A stretch of DNA of 63,363 bases from Actinomycetes bacterium (GCA_021838945.1 JAKCCH010000004.1:1-63363); one strand, 5' to 3'; positions 10,315-19,721 are shown, numbered from the stretch's first letter. A program made the numbers and translations. The notes: generated by a model from the letters alone, not told the origin.

Positions 10315-11250
10315 TCACGGGCCGGGATGAGGCTCCACGGGAGCACCCGTCTCATCGGTCTTCACAGCGTGGCCGCCGAACTGGTTGCGCAGCGCAGCGA
10401 CGAGCCGGTCGGCGAAGGACGCGTCCTGCTGGCTCTCGAAGCGGCGGTAGAGGGAGGCGGCGATGACGTACGCGGGCACCCCGCGATCGACCGCCTCGTT
10501 GACCGTCCAACGTCCCTCACCCGAGTCGACGACGTAGGGCTCGACCTGTTCGAAACCCGAGCCGGGGGAGAGCGCCCGCTCGGTCAGCTCGAGGAGCCAG
10601 GACCGCACGACCGAGCCGTAACGCCAGATCGACGCGATCTCGTGCAGGTCGAGGTCGAACTCGCTTGCGGCCGACATGATCTCGAACCCCTCGGCGTAGG
10701 CCTCCATGAGGCCGTACTCGATGCCGTTGTGCACCATCTTCACGAAGTGCCCGGCACCGGCGGGGCCGACGTGGGCGTAGCCGCCGTCGGGTGCGAGCGC
10801 GAGGAAGATCGGCTCGGCTATCGAGACGGCCTCCTTCGACCCGCCCACCATGAGGCAGTAGCCGTTGGCGAGGCCCCAGATGCCACCGGAGGTTCCAGCG
10901 TCGACGAAGTGGATGCCGCGCTTCGCGAGGCTCGCCTCCATCGGCTTGGAGTCCTTGTAGTTCGAGTTGCCGCCGTCGATGACGACGTCCCCTTCGCTCA
11001 TGAGCTCGCCGAGCCGGTCCACGGTCTTCGTCGTCGCCTCGCCGGCGGGGACCATCACCCACGCGACCCGGGGAGCTTCGAGCTGCCCGACGAGCGACTC
11101 GAGCGTGTCGGCCGTCGCGGCGCCGTACTTCGCCACGGCCTCGCGCGCCTCGGCGCCGAGGTCGAAGCCGACCACCTCGTGCCCCTTCTCGATGAGGCGG
11201 CGCGTCATGTTCGCGCCCATCTTGCCGAGCCCGATCATCCCAGTCCGCAT
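10315..11250 (-). CDS. gnd: 6-phosphogluconate dehydrogenase (decarboxylating, short YqeC-like type)
   Basis: Motifs GMIGLGKMG, DGGNS, DAGTSGG, GAGHFVKMVHNGIEYG, DSGEGRWT, LRNQFGGH. RBS GGAGG upstream. Confidence 0.95.
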   Translation of the reverse strand: MRTGMIGLGKMGANMTRRLIEKGHEVVGFDLGAEAREAVAKYGAATADTLESLVGQLEAPRVAWVMVPAGEATTKTVDRLGELMSEGDVVIDGGNSNYKDSKPMEASLAKRGIHFVDAGTSGGIWGLANGYCLMVGGSKEAVSIAEPIFLALAPDGGYAHVGPAGAGHFVKMVHNGIEYGLMEAYAEGFEIMSAASEFDLDLHEIASIWRYGSVVRSWLLELTERALSPGSGFEQVEPYVVDSGEGRWTVNEAVDRGVPAYVIAASLYRRFESQQDASFADRLVAALRNQFGGHAVKTDETGAPVEPHPGP

Positions 11251-11274
11251 GGACCCTCCTTCTGTCGAGGCGAA

Positions 11275-11328
11275 TGCTGTGAAACGACTGCTGTGAAACG
11301 ACTGCTGTCAAACGACTGCTGTCAAAGG
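11275..11328. repeat. 14-bp tandem repeat TGCTGT(G/C)AAACGAC, about 3.7 copies, in the pgi-gnd intergenic region
   Basis: Units at 11275-11288, 11289-11302 and 11303-11316, plus a partial unit at 11317-11328. Confidence 0.9.
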
Positions 11329-12695
11329 ATCGCCGCCAGGTCAGTCGTCTCGACGCGGAGCACGCGGCGTTCGTGTGCGACGAGGCTCTCGTGGTCACCG
11401 ATCGCCTGTGCGGCGATGAGGGTCCCGAAGTCGTAGCCCTTGTCCGGGATCGCCAGCTCGGCGGTGGGCGAGGGCGGGACGACCTGCACGGCGAGCACGG
11501 TGTTCGGTCCGCCCTTGTGCAGCTGGCCAGTCGAGTGGAGAAAGCGCGGTCCGTAGCCGGCCGTGACGGCCATGCCGTCGTTGGCGTCCCTGACCCGGCG
11601 CCGGAGCGACTCGAGCGCGCCGTCCTGCCCGAAGGGCAGGTATGCCTGGAGTGAGACGTAGTCACCCGGGCGGCGGTTGGAGGCGATCCAGGAGAGCACG
11701 GCCTCCGGAGCGACGGACTCGATGGCGGGGAGGGGCAGCTCGGAGAGGACGCGGTTCGTGTTGGCCTTCGACTCGGCAACGTTCGGCTCGTCGAAGGGGT
11801 CGATCCGAAGGACGTGACCGGCCACGGCGATCGCGAGCTCGAAGCGGTAGAAGTGCTCCCCGAGCTCGTGCGCCGATCCGGGCGCCACCTCGATGACGTG
11901 GCGATCCTGGCCTGCCTCGTGCTCGGTCGTCGGAACCGGGACACAGCCTCGCCCGTGCTTCCCCGTCGACTCGGCGATGAGCTGCTCGATCCACAGCCCG
12001 AAGGATGAGAACGGCTCCGTGACGACGACGGTGGCCTTGTCGCGGCCCTCGAGCGCGGCGCGACCCATGGCATCGCCGAGCTCGACCGCCTCCGTCCAGT
12101 CCGCGTCGAGGGCGCGGCCGCACAGCTCGGCCACGTCGTAACCGGCGAGGGCGGCCGGCACGGTGCCGAAGTAGGACAGGACGGAGTACCGGCCGCCGAT
12201 GTCCGGCCGGTTCGCGAACACATGGCGGACGCCGATCTCGACGGCGAGCTTCTCGAGGGGGGTCCCCGGGTCGGTGATCACGGCATAGCGCGACGGGTCC
12301 TTCACACGAGAGCGGGCATGGTCGAACAGCACGTTCGGTTCGAGGGTCGTCCCGGACTTCGAGGAGACGAGGATGAAGGCATCCTCGAGCGGGAGATCGG
12401 AGACCGTCTTCGGGTCGGTCGTGTCGCACACGACGAACCGCCGTCCGGACCACTCGCCGAGGGCGTCGCGCACGGCGGCCAGCACGGCCGGCCCGAGTGA
12501 GGATCCCCCCATCCCGAGCAGTACGACGGTGTCCTGATCGATGGAGTCGGCAAAGGAGCGCAGCCGCCGCGCGTCCCGCTCGATCTCCCGGGGGACGCCG
12601 ATCCACCCGAGGCGGTCCGCCGACACGTTCGGCTCGGGCCAGAGCGAAGCATCGCCCTCCCGGAGGCGGCTGACGAGCTCGTCGGTGCCGGCCAT
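11322..12695 (-). CDS. pgi: Glucose-6-phosphate isomerase (short form, resembling the Pgi half of Tal-Pgi fusions)
   Basis: Motifs RLGW, LLGMGGSSLG, SSKSGTTLE, ITDPGT, IGGRYSVLS, EQLIAESTGK, DPFDEPNV, GYGPRFLHSTGQLHKGG. ATG 12695 overlaps the tal stop (TGATG). Confidence 0.88.
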   Translation of the reverse strand: MAGTDELVSRLREGDASLWPEPNVSADRLGWIGVPREIERDARRLRSFADSIDQDTVVLLGMGGSSLGPAVLAAVRDALGEWSGRRFVVCDTTDPKTVSDLPLEDAFILVSSKSGTTLEPNVLFDHARSRVKDPSRYAVITDPGTPLEKLAVEIGVRHVFANRPDIGGRYSVLSYFGTVPAALAGYDVAELCGRALDADWTEAVELGDAMGRAALEGRDKATVVVTEPFSSFGLWIEQLIAESTGKHGRGCVPVPTTEHEAGQDRHVIEVAPGSAHELGEHFYRFELAIAVAGHVLRIDPFDEPNVAESKANTNRVLSELPLPAIESVAPEAVLSWIASNRRPGDYVSLQAYLPFGQDGALESLRRRVRDANDGMAVTAGYGPRFLHSTGQLHKGGPNTVLAVQVVPPSPTAELAIPDKGYDFGTLIAAQAIGDHESLVAHERRVLRVETTDLAAIL

Positions 12696-13822
12696 CAGTC
12701 CTGCCCGAGCTGGACGGCCTTGTTGCCGAGGCGCTCGGCGACCTCGTCGAAGGACTTCTCGAACGCGGTCACGCCCTCGTCCTCGAGCGTGCGTGCGACG
12801 TCGGCGAGGTCGACCCCGACTTGGCTCAGCTCGTCGAGCACCGTTCTCGCGTGGTCGAAGTCGTCGATGCTGCGGGCGACGGCGCCGTGGTCGACGAAGG
12901 CCTCGAGGGTCTGCTCGGGCATCGTGTTCACCGTGTTCGGGCCGATGAGGGTGTCCACGTACAACAGGTCCGGGTACGCGGGGTTCTTCGTGGAGGTGGA
13001 CGCCCAGAGCGGCCGCTGCACCTTCGCGCCGGCTTCGGCGAGCCGGTCCCAGCGAGGACCGCTGAACGTGCCCGTGAAGTGTTCGTAGGCAAGGCGAGCC
13101 TGGGCCACGGCCGCCTTCCCGAGCAGCCTGTGAGCCTCCGCCTCCCTCGACGTGCCCGGGTGCTCGCCGATGATCGCCTGCAGGCGGCGGTCCGTCTCGG
13201 TGTCGACCCGGCTCACGAAGAACGACGCGACCGAGGAGACCGGAGCGGGGTCGCCTCCATTCCGGACCAGCTCCTCGAGGCCGCTCAGGTATGCCTCCAT
13301 CACCTCGCCGTAGCGCTCGAGGGAGAAGATGAGGGTCACGTTGATGTTGCGGCCCTCGGCGATCATCCGGCGGATCGCAGGGATGCCGGCCTCCGTCGCC
13401 GGGATCTTCACGAGGACGTTCGGCTCGGCGATCCGCTCGTGCAGGCCCCTGGCGGCTTCGACGGTGCCCTCGGTGTCGCGTGCGAGGCTCGGCGCGACCT
13501 CGATGGAGACGAAGCCGTCCGTACCACCGCTCGAGTCGTAGACGGGCCGGAACGCTGCGAGCGCGTCCTCGACGTCTTTCACGACGAGGTCCCAGTAGGA
13601 GTCGAGGACGTTGCCGTGACGACGGTAGGACTCGGCGAACTGCTCGTCGTAGTCGTCGCCCTCCTCGATCGCCTTCGCCATGATCGTCGGGTTCGAGGTG
13701 AGCCCGCGGACACCGGACCCGATCAGCTCGCCGAGTCGCCCTCCTGTGATCCAGGACCGCTTGAGGTTGTCGATCCACGGGCTCTGCCCGCCCTGCTCGT
13801 ACAGCTCGACGAGAGAGCTCAT
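12695..13822 (-). CDS. tal: Transaldolase
   Basis: Motifs QSPWIDN, GLTSNPTI, VSIEV, NVLVKIPAT, INVTLIFS, SVASFFVSRVD, QRPLWASTS. ATG 13822 overlaps the tkt stop (ATGA). Confidence 0.95.
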   Translation of the reverse strand: MSSLVELYEQGGQSPWIDNLKRSWITGGRLGELIGSGVRGLTSNPTIMAKAIEEGDDYDEQFAESYRRHGNVLDSYWDLVVKDVEDALAAFRPVYDSSGGTDGFVSIEVAPSLARDTEGTVEAARGLHERIAEPNVLVKIPATEAGIPAIRRMIAEGRNINVTLIFSLERYGEVMEAYLSGLEELVRNGGDPAPVSSVASFFVSRVDTETDRRLQAIIGEHPGTSREAEAHRLLGKAAVAQARLAYEHFTGTFSGPRWDRLAEAGAKVQRPLWASTSTKNPAYPDLLYVDTLIGPNTVNTMPEQTLEAFVDHGAVARSIDDFDHARTVLDELSQVGVDLADVARTLEDEGVTAFEKSFDEVAERLGNKAVQLGQD

Positions 13823-15825
13823 CGCTGCTCCTTCCTGTTCGACAGCAGTGCTCTGGCCTGGGTGGCGACGTTCTCCGGCGTGAACCCGAACTCCTGCATG
13901 TTCCTCTCGCCCGGTGCCGAGGCGCCGAAGTGGTCGATCGTGACGGTCGCGTCGGCGTAGCGCGCCCAGCCGAACGATGACGCCGCCTCGACGGCGAGCG
14001 CCGGGACGCCCGGCGGCAGGACGAGAGCCCGGTACTCCGCCTCCTGTGCCTCGAACAGGTCGAAGGACGGGAGGGAGACGACGCGGGCCGACACGCCGCC
14101 GCCTGCCAACGACGAAGCGGCTGCGACACAGTGCTGCACCTCGCTGCCTGTACCGACCAGCACGATCTCGGGCTCGTCGCCGGGCTCGTCGACGAGCACG
14201 TAGCCGCCGCGCGCGACGCCGTCGCCGGCTCGCTCGGCCGTGCCTTCGAGGACCGGTACGTCTTGGCGCGTCAGCACGAGAGCCGTGAGCCCGTCCCCGT
14301 CGACGGCGACGCGCCAAGCGGCCGCGCACTCGTTCCCGTCTGCCGGCCGGATGACGCGCAGGTCGGGCATGGCGCGAAGGGAGGCAAGCTGCTCGATCGG
14401 CTGGTGGGTCGGACCGTCCTCGCCGAGGCCGACCGAGTCGTGCGTGAAGAACAGCACCGCATGCGCCTTCGACATCGCGCCGATGCGGATGGCAGGTCGG
14501 CAGTAGTCGCTGAAGGCGAAGAAGGTGCCGCCGACGGGCAGCACCCCGTTGTGGAGCGCCATGCCGTTCAGCGCGCTCGCCATCCCGAACTCGCGGATGC
14601 CGTAGTGGAGCTGCCGCCCTCCCGGGTTGCCCTTCGACATCGCGTCGTCGAGGTCGAGCTTCGTGCCCGTGTTCCCGGTGAGGTCTGCCGCGCCGACGAC
14701 GAGCCCGGGGATCCCTGGCGCGGTCTTCACGAGGACCTCGTTCACGGCCTTCCGGGTGGCGATCCGGCTGCCGGCCTCGAACGCGGGCAACGCCCCCTCC
14801 CAGCCCTTGCGACCCCTTCCCGCGAGGCATGCCTCGAGATCGGCGCGCTCGTCGTCGGCGAGCACGTCGCGGCGCTTCAGCCATGCTTCACGCGCTGGCA
14901 GCCCGCGCCGACCGGCGGCGCGGTAGTACTCGAGGACGTCGCCTGGAACGAAGAACTCCTCGTCCACCGGGAGGCCGAGCAGTTGCTTCGTGAGCCGGAT
15001 CTCGTCTTCGCCGAGGGGCTCGCCGTGGGCCTCCTTCGTGTCCGTGCGGTGCGGCGAAGGCCACCCGATGTGGCTGCGCAGGATGACGAGGGAGGGTCGC
15101 TCCGCCTCCGCCATCGCATCGCGCAGGCCGCGCTCGAGCGCGCGAAGGTCGTTCGCGACGTCGCCGAGGCGGATGACCTGCCAGCCGTAAGCCTCGAAGC
15201 GCTTCGCGACGTCGTCGTTGTAGGCGAGCTCGGTCGGGCCGTCGATCGTGATGTGGTTGTCGTCGTAGGTGAACACGAGGCGCCCGAGACCGAGATGACC
15301 GGCGAGAGAAGCCGCTTCGTGGCTGACCCCCTCCATCAGGTCGCCGTCACCACAGATGCCGAAGATGTGATGGTCGCAGATCCCGGGGCCGAAACGGTGC
15401 CGCACCACCTGCTCTGCCATCGCGAGCCCGATCGACTGCGCGAGGCCCTGGCCGAGCGGACCGGTGGTCACCTCGATCCCGGGTAGGTGATGGACTTCAG
15501 GGTGGCCAGGAGTGCGCGAGCCGAACTGGCGGAACTGGCGGAGGTCCTCGAGCTCGAGACCGAAGCCGGTCAGGTAGAGCATCGAGTACTGGAGGATCGA
15601 GGCGTGGCCGTTCGACAGGACGAAACGGTCCCGGTCGAACCAGGCCGGCTCCGAGGCGTCATAGGTCATGATCCTCGTGAAGAGGACATGTGCCAGTGGC
15701 GCGAGCGCCATCGCCGTGCCCGGGTGACCGGAGTCGGCACGTTGCGGCGCGTCCATGGCGAGGCCGCGTATGACGTTGATCGCGCGCTGCTCGAGGTCGG
15801 TGGCGTCAGTGGCGAATTCGGTCAC
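13819..15825 (-). CDS. tkt: Transketolase
   Basis: Motifs SGHPG, RDRFVLSNGHAS, TTGPLGQG, GDGDLMEG, YGIREFGM, THDSVGLGEDGPTHQP. Confidence 0.97.
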   Translation of the reverse strand: MTEFATDATDLEQRAINVIRGLAMDAPQRADSGHPGTAMALAPLAHVLFTRIMTYDASEPAWFDRDRFVLSNGHASILQYSMLYLTGFGLELEDLRQFRQFGSRTPGHPEVHHLPGIEVTTGPLGQGLAQSIGLAMAEQVVRHRFGPGICDHHIFGICGDGDLMEGVSHEAASLAGHLGLGRLVFTYDDNHITIDGPTELAYNDDVAKRFEAYGWQVIRLGDVANDLRALERGLRDAMAEAERPSLVILRSHIGWPSPHRTDTKEAHGEPLGEDEIRLTKQLLGLPVDEEFFVPGDVLEYYRAAGRRGLPAREAWLKRRDVLADDERADLEACLAGRGRKGWEGALPAFEAGSRIATRKAVNEVLVKTAPGIPGLVVGAADLTGNTGTKLDLDDAMSKGNPGGRQLHYGIREFGMASALNGMALHNGVLPVGGTFFAFSDYCRPAIRIGAMSKAHAVLFFTHDSVGLGEDGPTHQPIEQLASLRAMPDLRVIRPADGNECAAAWRVAVDGDGLTALVLTRQDVPVLEGTAERAGDGVARGGYVLVDEPGDEPEIVLVGTGSEVQHCVAAASSLAGGGVSARVVSLPSFDLFEAQEAEYRALVLPPGVPALAVEAASSFGWARYADATVTIDHFGASAPGERNMQEFGFTPENVATQARALLSNRKEQR

Positions 15826-15891
15826 CGTCGCATGCTAAGGGGTGCCGCAGGTGCCGACCGCAGCAGGTGACCCGGTGCGTTCGTCACGCGC

Positions 15892-16746
15892 TCAGCGCAG
15901 TGCCGGCGCCGACTCCTGGTCCGTGCCCGCGGTCTGCTCGCCGCCGCCCGATGCAAGAGTGGTTGCGAGCGGCCCCTCGGCTGCTGCCTCGCCGGCCGGT
16001 GCGCCGTCGGGGGTGCGCGGTCGGGCGAGCCGGACGTCGCTCAGGCGGACTGTCGCCTGCTTGGTGCGAACGAGCGCCGAGATGATCCACCAGCCCGGGT
16101 CGATCTCGTGACGCCCGAGCGCCAGCCGGGCTGACGTGGGCGCGGCGTGGTGGTTGTTGTGGAGGCCCTCTCCCGCGGTGAGCCACGCGAGCCACTGGTT
16201 GTTCCGGGCCGTGTTGTCGTAGGTCTTCTTGCCGTAGTAGTGACCGACCGCGTTCACCGCCGCGTTCAGCGAGAGGTAGATGACCACGTGGAAGCCGGCC
16301 GCCATGAGGCCCACCTGCCAGCCGAAGGCGAGGCACAGGATTGCGACGCCGATCCCGAGACCGATGAAGGCGTGGTCGTAGAGGACGCGGTCGAGGCGGT
16401 CGGGAGGGAGGTCTCTCGCGTACTTCCGGGTGTTCTCACCGTCGCGGGCGACCTTGCGGTAGAGGAAGACGTTCCCGAGCTGCACCTTCCAGAAGCCGAG
16501 GAGGAGCGGCGAATGCGGGTCGCCCTCGACGTCGGTGAACGCATGGTGCTTGCGGTGCACGGCCACCCACTGGCGCGGGCGGATCCCGGTCGTGATCCAG
16601 GTGACGAACCGGAAGACCTGTCGCACTCCCGGCGACAGCGTCAGTGCTCTGTGCGAGAGGGCACGGTGCAGGAAGATCGTCGTGCAGACGATCCCGAGCT
16701 GCGAGATGACGAAGCCGATGACGAGCGCGAGGAGTACTGGAGGCAC
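15892..16746 (-). CDS. Membrane fatty-acid (acyl-CoA/acyl-lipid delta-9-type) desaturase
   Basis: Three His boxes HRALSH, HRKHH and HNNHH, with DPHSP and GEGLHNNHH. Hydrophobic segments present. Confidence 0.9.
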   Translation of the reverse strand: MPPVLLALVIGFVISQLGIVCTTIFLHRALSHRALTLSPGVRQVFRFVTWITTGIRPRQWVAVHRKHHAFTDVEGDPHSPLLLGFWKVQLGNVFLYRKVARDGENTRKYARDLPPDRLDRVLYDHAFIGLGIGVAILCLAFGWQVGLMAAGFHVVIYLSLNAAVNAVGHYYGKKTYDNTARNNQWLAWLTAGEGLHNNHHAAPTSARLALGRHEIDPGWWIISALVRTKQATVRLSDVRLARPRTPDGAPAGEAAAEGPLATTLASGGGEQTAGTDQESAPALR

Positions 16747-16763
16747 CCCTGCACACTAACACT

Positions 16764-16785
16764 GCCTACCTGCTGGTCGGTAGGC
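16764..16785. promoter_or_regulatory. Probable TetR operator between divergent, likely leaderless promoters
   Basis: Inverted repeat GCCTACC-N8-GGTAGGC. -10 TAGTGT (minus, 16753-16758) and TACGCT (plus, 16802-16807) each lie 6 nt from a GTG start. Confidence 0.6.
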
Positions 16786-16813
16786 TGCGAGATCCCTGCA
16801 CTACGCTTGCTCG

Positions 16814-17425
16814 GTGAGCTCGACACCATCCGGTCTCGCCACGCGCGAGCTGATCTTGCGTTCGGCGTTGCACTGCTTCGCCGAGCGTGGCTACGACGGG
16901 ACCTCACTGAACGACATCGCCGGCGTGGTGGGGATCAGGCGCCAGAGCCTGCTGCACCACTTCCCCTCGAAAGAGGCGCTCTACCGCCAGGTGCTCGAGC
17001 AGTCCTTCGCCGACTGGATGGCGCGGGTCAACGGGGCGATCGACAAGCCGCGGGACGGCTGGGAGCAGGTCGACCGGGTGTTGACATCCGGGTTCCGCTT
17101 CTTCGCGGAGAGCCCGGATTTCGTGCGGCTCGTGCGACAGGAGTCCCTCGCGGGTGGCGGGCGCCTCGCGCACGAGCTCGGAGAGGCCGTGCGCCCGATG
17201 ATGAAGCGCGCCGTCGAGTTCTTCGAGCGCCAGATGGAGCTCGGGCGGTTCCGGCGCCACGACCCGGAGCAGCTGCTCCTCACCGGCTACGCCGCGCTCG
17301 CGACGTGGTTCAGCGATGTGCCGTTCCTCGAGGCCGTGCTCGGGCGGGACCCGCACGCCGAGGACGAGCTCGCGAGGCGCCTCGAGCACCTACGGACCTT
17401 CTTCAGGGCGGCGCTCGAACCGTGA
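16814..17425 (+). CDS. TetR/AcrR family transcriptional regulator
   Basis: N-terminal HTH: [33 protein letters not shown]. Confidence 0.93.
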   Translation: MSSTPSGLATRELILRSALHCFAERGYDGTSLNDIAGVVGIRRQSLLHHFPSKEALYRQVLEQSFADWMARVNGAIDKPRDGWEQVDRVLTSGFRFFAESPDFVRLVRQESLAGGGRLAHELGEAVRPMMKRAVEFFERQMELGRFRRHDPEQLLLTGYAALATWFSDVPFLEAVLGRDPHAEDELARRLEHLRTFFRAALEP

Positions 17426-17429
17426 GTCG

Positions 17430-17852
17430 ATGAGCCCGCTCCAGGTCCCGCCGAATTGCGACCTCACGCTCGGCATGGTGTGCCTCGACAAGTCGGAGCC
17501 GGGGCGGACGGTGTGGTCGATGCGCGCCGACGAGCGTTTCGCCAACACGGCTGGGATCCTGCAGGGAGGGTTCCTCGGCGCCTTCGCCGACTCGGCGATG
17601 GGCGCGTCCGCCGTCACCTTTGCACGGCGAGCTGCCGGCGGGAGCGCCGAGAGCCGGAAGGTCCACGTGGCGAACGCAGAGATGAAGACGAGCTTCTTGC
17701 GCCCGGTCCCGGTGGGGAGCGATCTCACGTGCGAGGCCGTCGTCGTGTCGGGGGGCGAGCGGGTGGCCTTCTGCGAGGCGACGATCACGGACGAGCAAGG
17801 ACGACTCGTCGGCCGAGCGAGTTCGACATACGTGATCAGTCCCAGGCCGTAG
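17430..17852 (+). CDS. PaaI family thioesterase (hotdog fold)
   Basis: Motifs N..GILQGG...AFADSAMG, EMKTSFLRP, TDEQGRLV..ASST. Start at ATG 17430. Confidence 0.85.
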   Translation: MSPLQVPPNCDLTLGMVCLDKSEPGRTVWSMRADERFANTAGILQGGFLGAFADSAMGASAVTFARRAAGGSAESRKVHVANAEMKTSFLRPVPVGSDLTCEAVVVSGGERVAFCEATITDEQGRLVGRASSTYVISPRP

Positions 17853-17871
17853 TTGGTAGGTTGTGCCGACG

Positions 17872-18201
17872 ATGCCACAGGCCAAGCAGAAGGCAGGCGA
17901 GACGAAGACCGAGGTCGCCGAGCTCGTTGCGCTGATCAAGGCGTACGTGTTGCAGGAGACGGTCGGCCCGCTGAAGGGGATCGGGCGCCAGCTCGCCTTC
18001 GGCTCGGCGGCAGCGTTCCTGTTCGGGCTCGCGGCGGTGCTGACGCTCGTCGCCGTCCTGCGGGCGCTCCAGACCGAGACGGGCCGCGTGTTCGCAGGCG
18101 AGTGGAGCTGGGTGCCCTACCTGCTCACGGTCGCTGCCGCCATGGTCTTGCTCGGGCTCGCAGCGGCCGTCGGGCTTCGCAAGCGATCGGAGGCGCCATG
18201 A
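17872..18201 (+). CDS. Two-TM membrane protein (actinobacterial 'phage holin family'-like)
   Basis: YVLQETVGPLKGIGR followed by two hydrophobic helices. Confidence 0.7.
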   Translation: MPQAKQKAGETKTEVAELVALIKAYVLQETVGPLKGIGRQLAFGSAAAFLFGLAAVLTLVAVLRALQTETGRVFAGEWSWVPYLLTVAAAMVLLGLAAAVGLRKRSEAP

Positions 18202-18407
18202 GCCAGCGGGTGTCGCTCGACGACATCGAGTCGAAGATGCGAGAGATCGGCGGGAGCGCGCAGGCGACGGTGACCTCAGCCACCTCGACCCCGCCGATGA
18301 TCGCCGGGGGAGCGGTCGCCGGCGTGCTCGTGATCGCCGCCATCTACGTGCTCGGGAAGCGACGGGGCCGCAAGGAGGCCCCGATCCTCGAGATCCGCCG
18401 CATTTGA
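18198..18407 (+). CDS. Small single-TM protein
   Basis: ATGA-coupled to the upstream gene with a GGAGG RBS. MSQRVSLDDIESKMREI..., then a TM helix and a basic YVLGKRRGRK tail. Confidence 0.7.
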   Translation: MSQRVSLDDIESKMREIGGSAQATVTSATSTPPMIAGGAVAGVLVIAAIYVLGKRRGRKEAPILEIRRI

Positions 18408-18447
18408 GACACGCCGCCTGGAGCGGGTCGGAGGCACCGGGGACGCC

Positions 18448-18741
18448 GTGGGAACGTTGATCGACCGCTTCACGAGGGCTGCCGTCCGAAAGGGCATCCG
18501 TCAGGGTCTGCTCGCCGGCGACGGCAAGTGGCTGGCGGCCGGCGCCGTGGCATGGCTCGTACGGTTCCTCATGAAGAAGAACGAGCCCGCGGTCGTGCTC
18601 GAGCAGCTGAAGGTGGGCGAGACGATCGTCGTCGCGAACATCGGTCCACAGCACGGGCGCGCTGCCCGTCGGGCTCGGCGCCGAGGCATCGCAGCAGCTG
18701 AGGCCGCCCCCGACGCCTCGGGCCGAGTGCCCGCTGAATGA
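18448..18741 (+). CDS. Hypothetical small protein
   Basis: Fills the gap between neighbouring genes, and its stop overlaps the trmI start. Short hydrophobic stretch WLAAGAVAWLV. Confidence 0.6.
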   Translation: MGTLIDRFTRAAVRKGIRQGLLAGDGKWLAAGAVAWLVRFLMKKNEPAVVLEQLKVGETIVVANIGPQHGRAARRARRRGIAAAEAAPDASGRVPAE

Positions 18742-19682
18742 TGGCGCCGCCGGTGGGTGGCGGCGACGGAGAGGCGGCGAGCGGGTCAGGCGGCGAGGGG
18801 CCGGAGGGGCGCCCGTTTCTCGAGGGCGAGCGCGTGCTGCTGGTCGACCGCAAGGGGAGGCGCAACCTCGTCCGGCTCAAGTCGGGGCGTGCCTACCAGT
18901 CGCACTCCGGCGTCATCGAGCACGACCGCCTGATCGGGCTCCCCGAAGGAAGCGAGGTCGAGGCGCTCACGCGTGACTCCGACCGGCGCAACCCGGCGAA
19001 GTACCTCGCCATCCGCCCCACGCTGGCGGACGTCGTGCTCAACATGCCGCGAGGCGCTCAGGTGATCTATCCGAAGGATCTCGGGTCGATCCTCATCGCC
19101 GCCGACGTGTTCCCGGGCTGCCGTGTGCTCGAGGCAGGAGTCGGTTCGGGAGCGCTCTCGATGACGCTGCTCCGGGCAGGCGCTCTCGTGACGGGCTACG
19201 AGATGCGCGAGGACTTCGCCGAGCGGGCTCGCGAGAACGTGGCAGCTGCTCTTCCCAGAGAGCCGGCCCTGCCTCCCGAGGCGCCATTTCCGTCGGCCCG
19301 CTACGTGGTCGAGATCCGCGACGTCTACGACGGCATCGACGGTGTGTTCGACCGGGTCGTCCTCGACCTCCCCGAGCCCTGGCGTGTCGTCGGGCACGCC
19401 GAGGGCGCGCTCGTGCCGGGCGGGATCCTGTGTGCCTACCTTCCGTCGATCAACCAGACGGCGGAGTTGCGCGCCGCCCTCGCCCGGAGCCGCTTCGGCC
19501 TGCCGGAGACGTTCGAGACGTTGCGGCGCACCTGGCACATCGAGGGCCGCTCCGTGCGGCCGGACCTGCGCATGGTCGGGCACACGGGGTTCATCACCAC
19601 GAGCCGGCTGCTCGGCGAGCGGGTCTCGTTCAGACCTTCGGACGAGGCTCAGGATGAGGGCGCCGAGGGACCGGACGGGTGA
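18738..19682 (+). CDS. trmI: tRNA (adenine58-N1)-methyltransferase
   Basis: Motifs MPRGAQVIYPKD, VLEAGVGSGALS, VLDLPEPW, MVGHTGF. Typical position upstream of arc. Confidence 0.93.
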   Translation: MMAPPVGGGDGEAASGSGGEGPEGRPFLEGERVLLVDRKGRRNLVRLKSGRAYQSHSGVIEHDRLIGLPEGSEVEALTRDSDRRNPAKYLAIRPTLADVVLNMPRGAQVIYPKDLGSILIAADVFPGCRVLEAGVGSGALSMTLLRAGALVTGYEMREDFAERARENVAAALPREPALPPEAPFPSARYVVEIRDVYDGIDGVFDRVVLDLPEPWRVVGHAEGALVPGGILCAYLPSINQTAELRAALARSRFGLPETFETLRRTWHIEGRSVRPDLRMVGHTGFITTSRLLGERVSFRPSDEAQDEGAEGPDG

Positions 19683-19721
19683 GAGCGGTGGATGACGTTC
19701 GACGCCAGCTGTTGAGCAGCG

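Noticed and set aside
11275-11328. Possible CRISPR array
   Set aside because: The repeats are 14 bp and contiguous, with no spacers and no cas genes.
11322-14884. Apparent 935-aa Pgi and 729-aa Tal with long N-terminal extensions
   Set aside because: The extensions are Arg/Pro-rich off-frame readings of tal and tkt. The real starts are ATG 12695 and ATG 13822, with stop/start coupling.
17872-18741. Possible prophage remnant suggested by the holin-like gene
   Set aside because: There are no endolysin, integrase or structural genes. This membrane family is a routine chromosomal gene in Actinobacteria.
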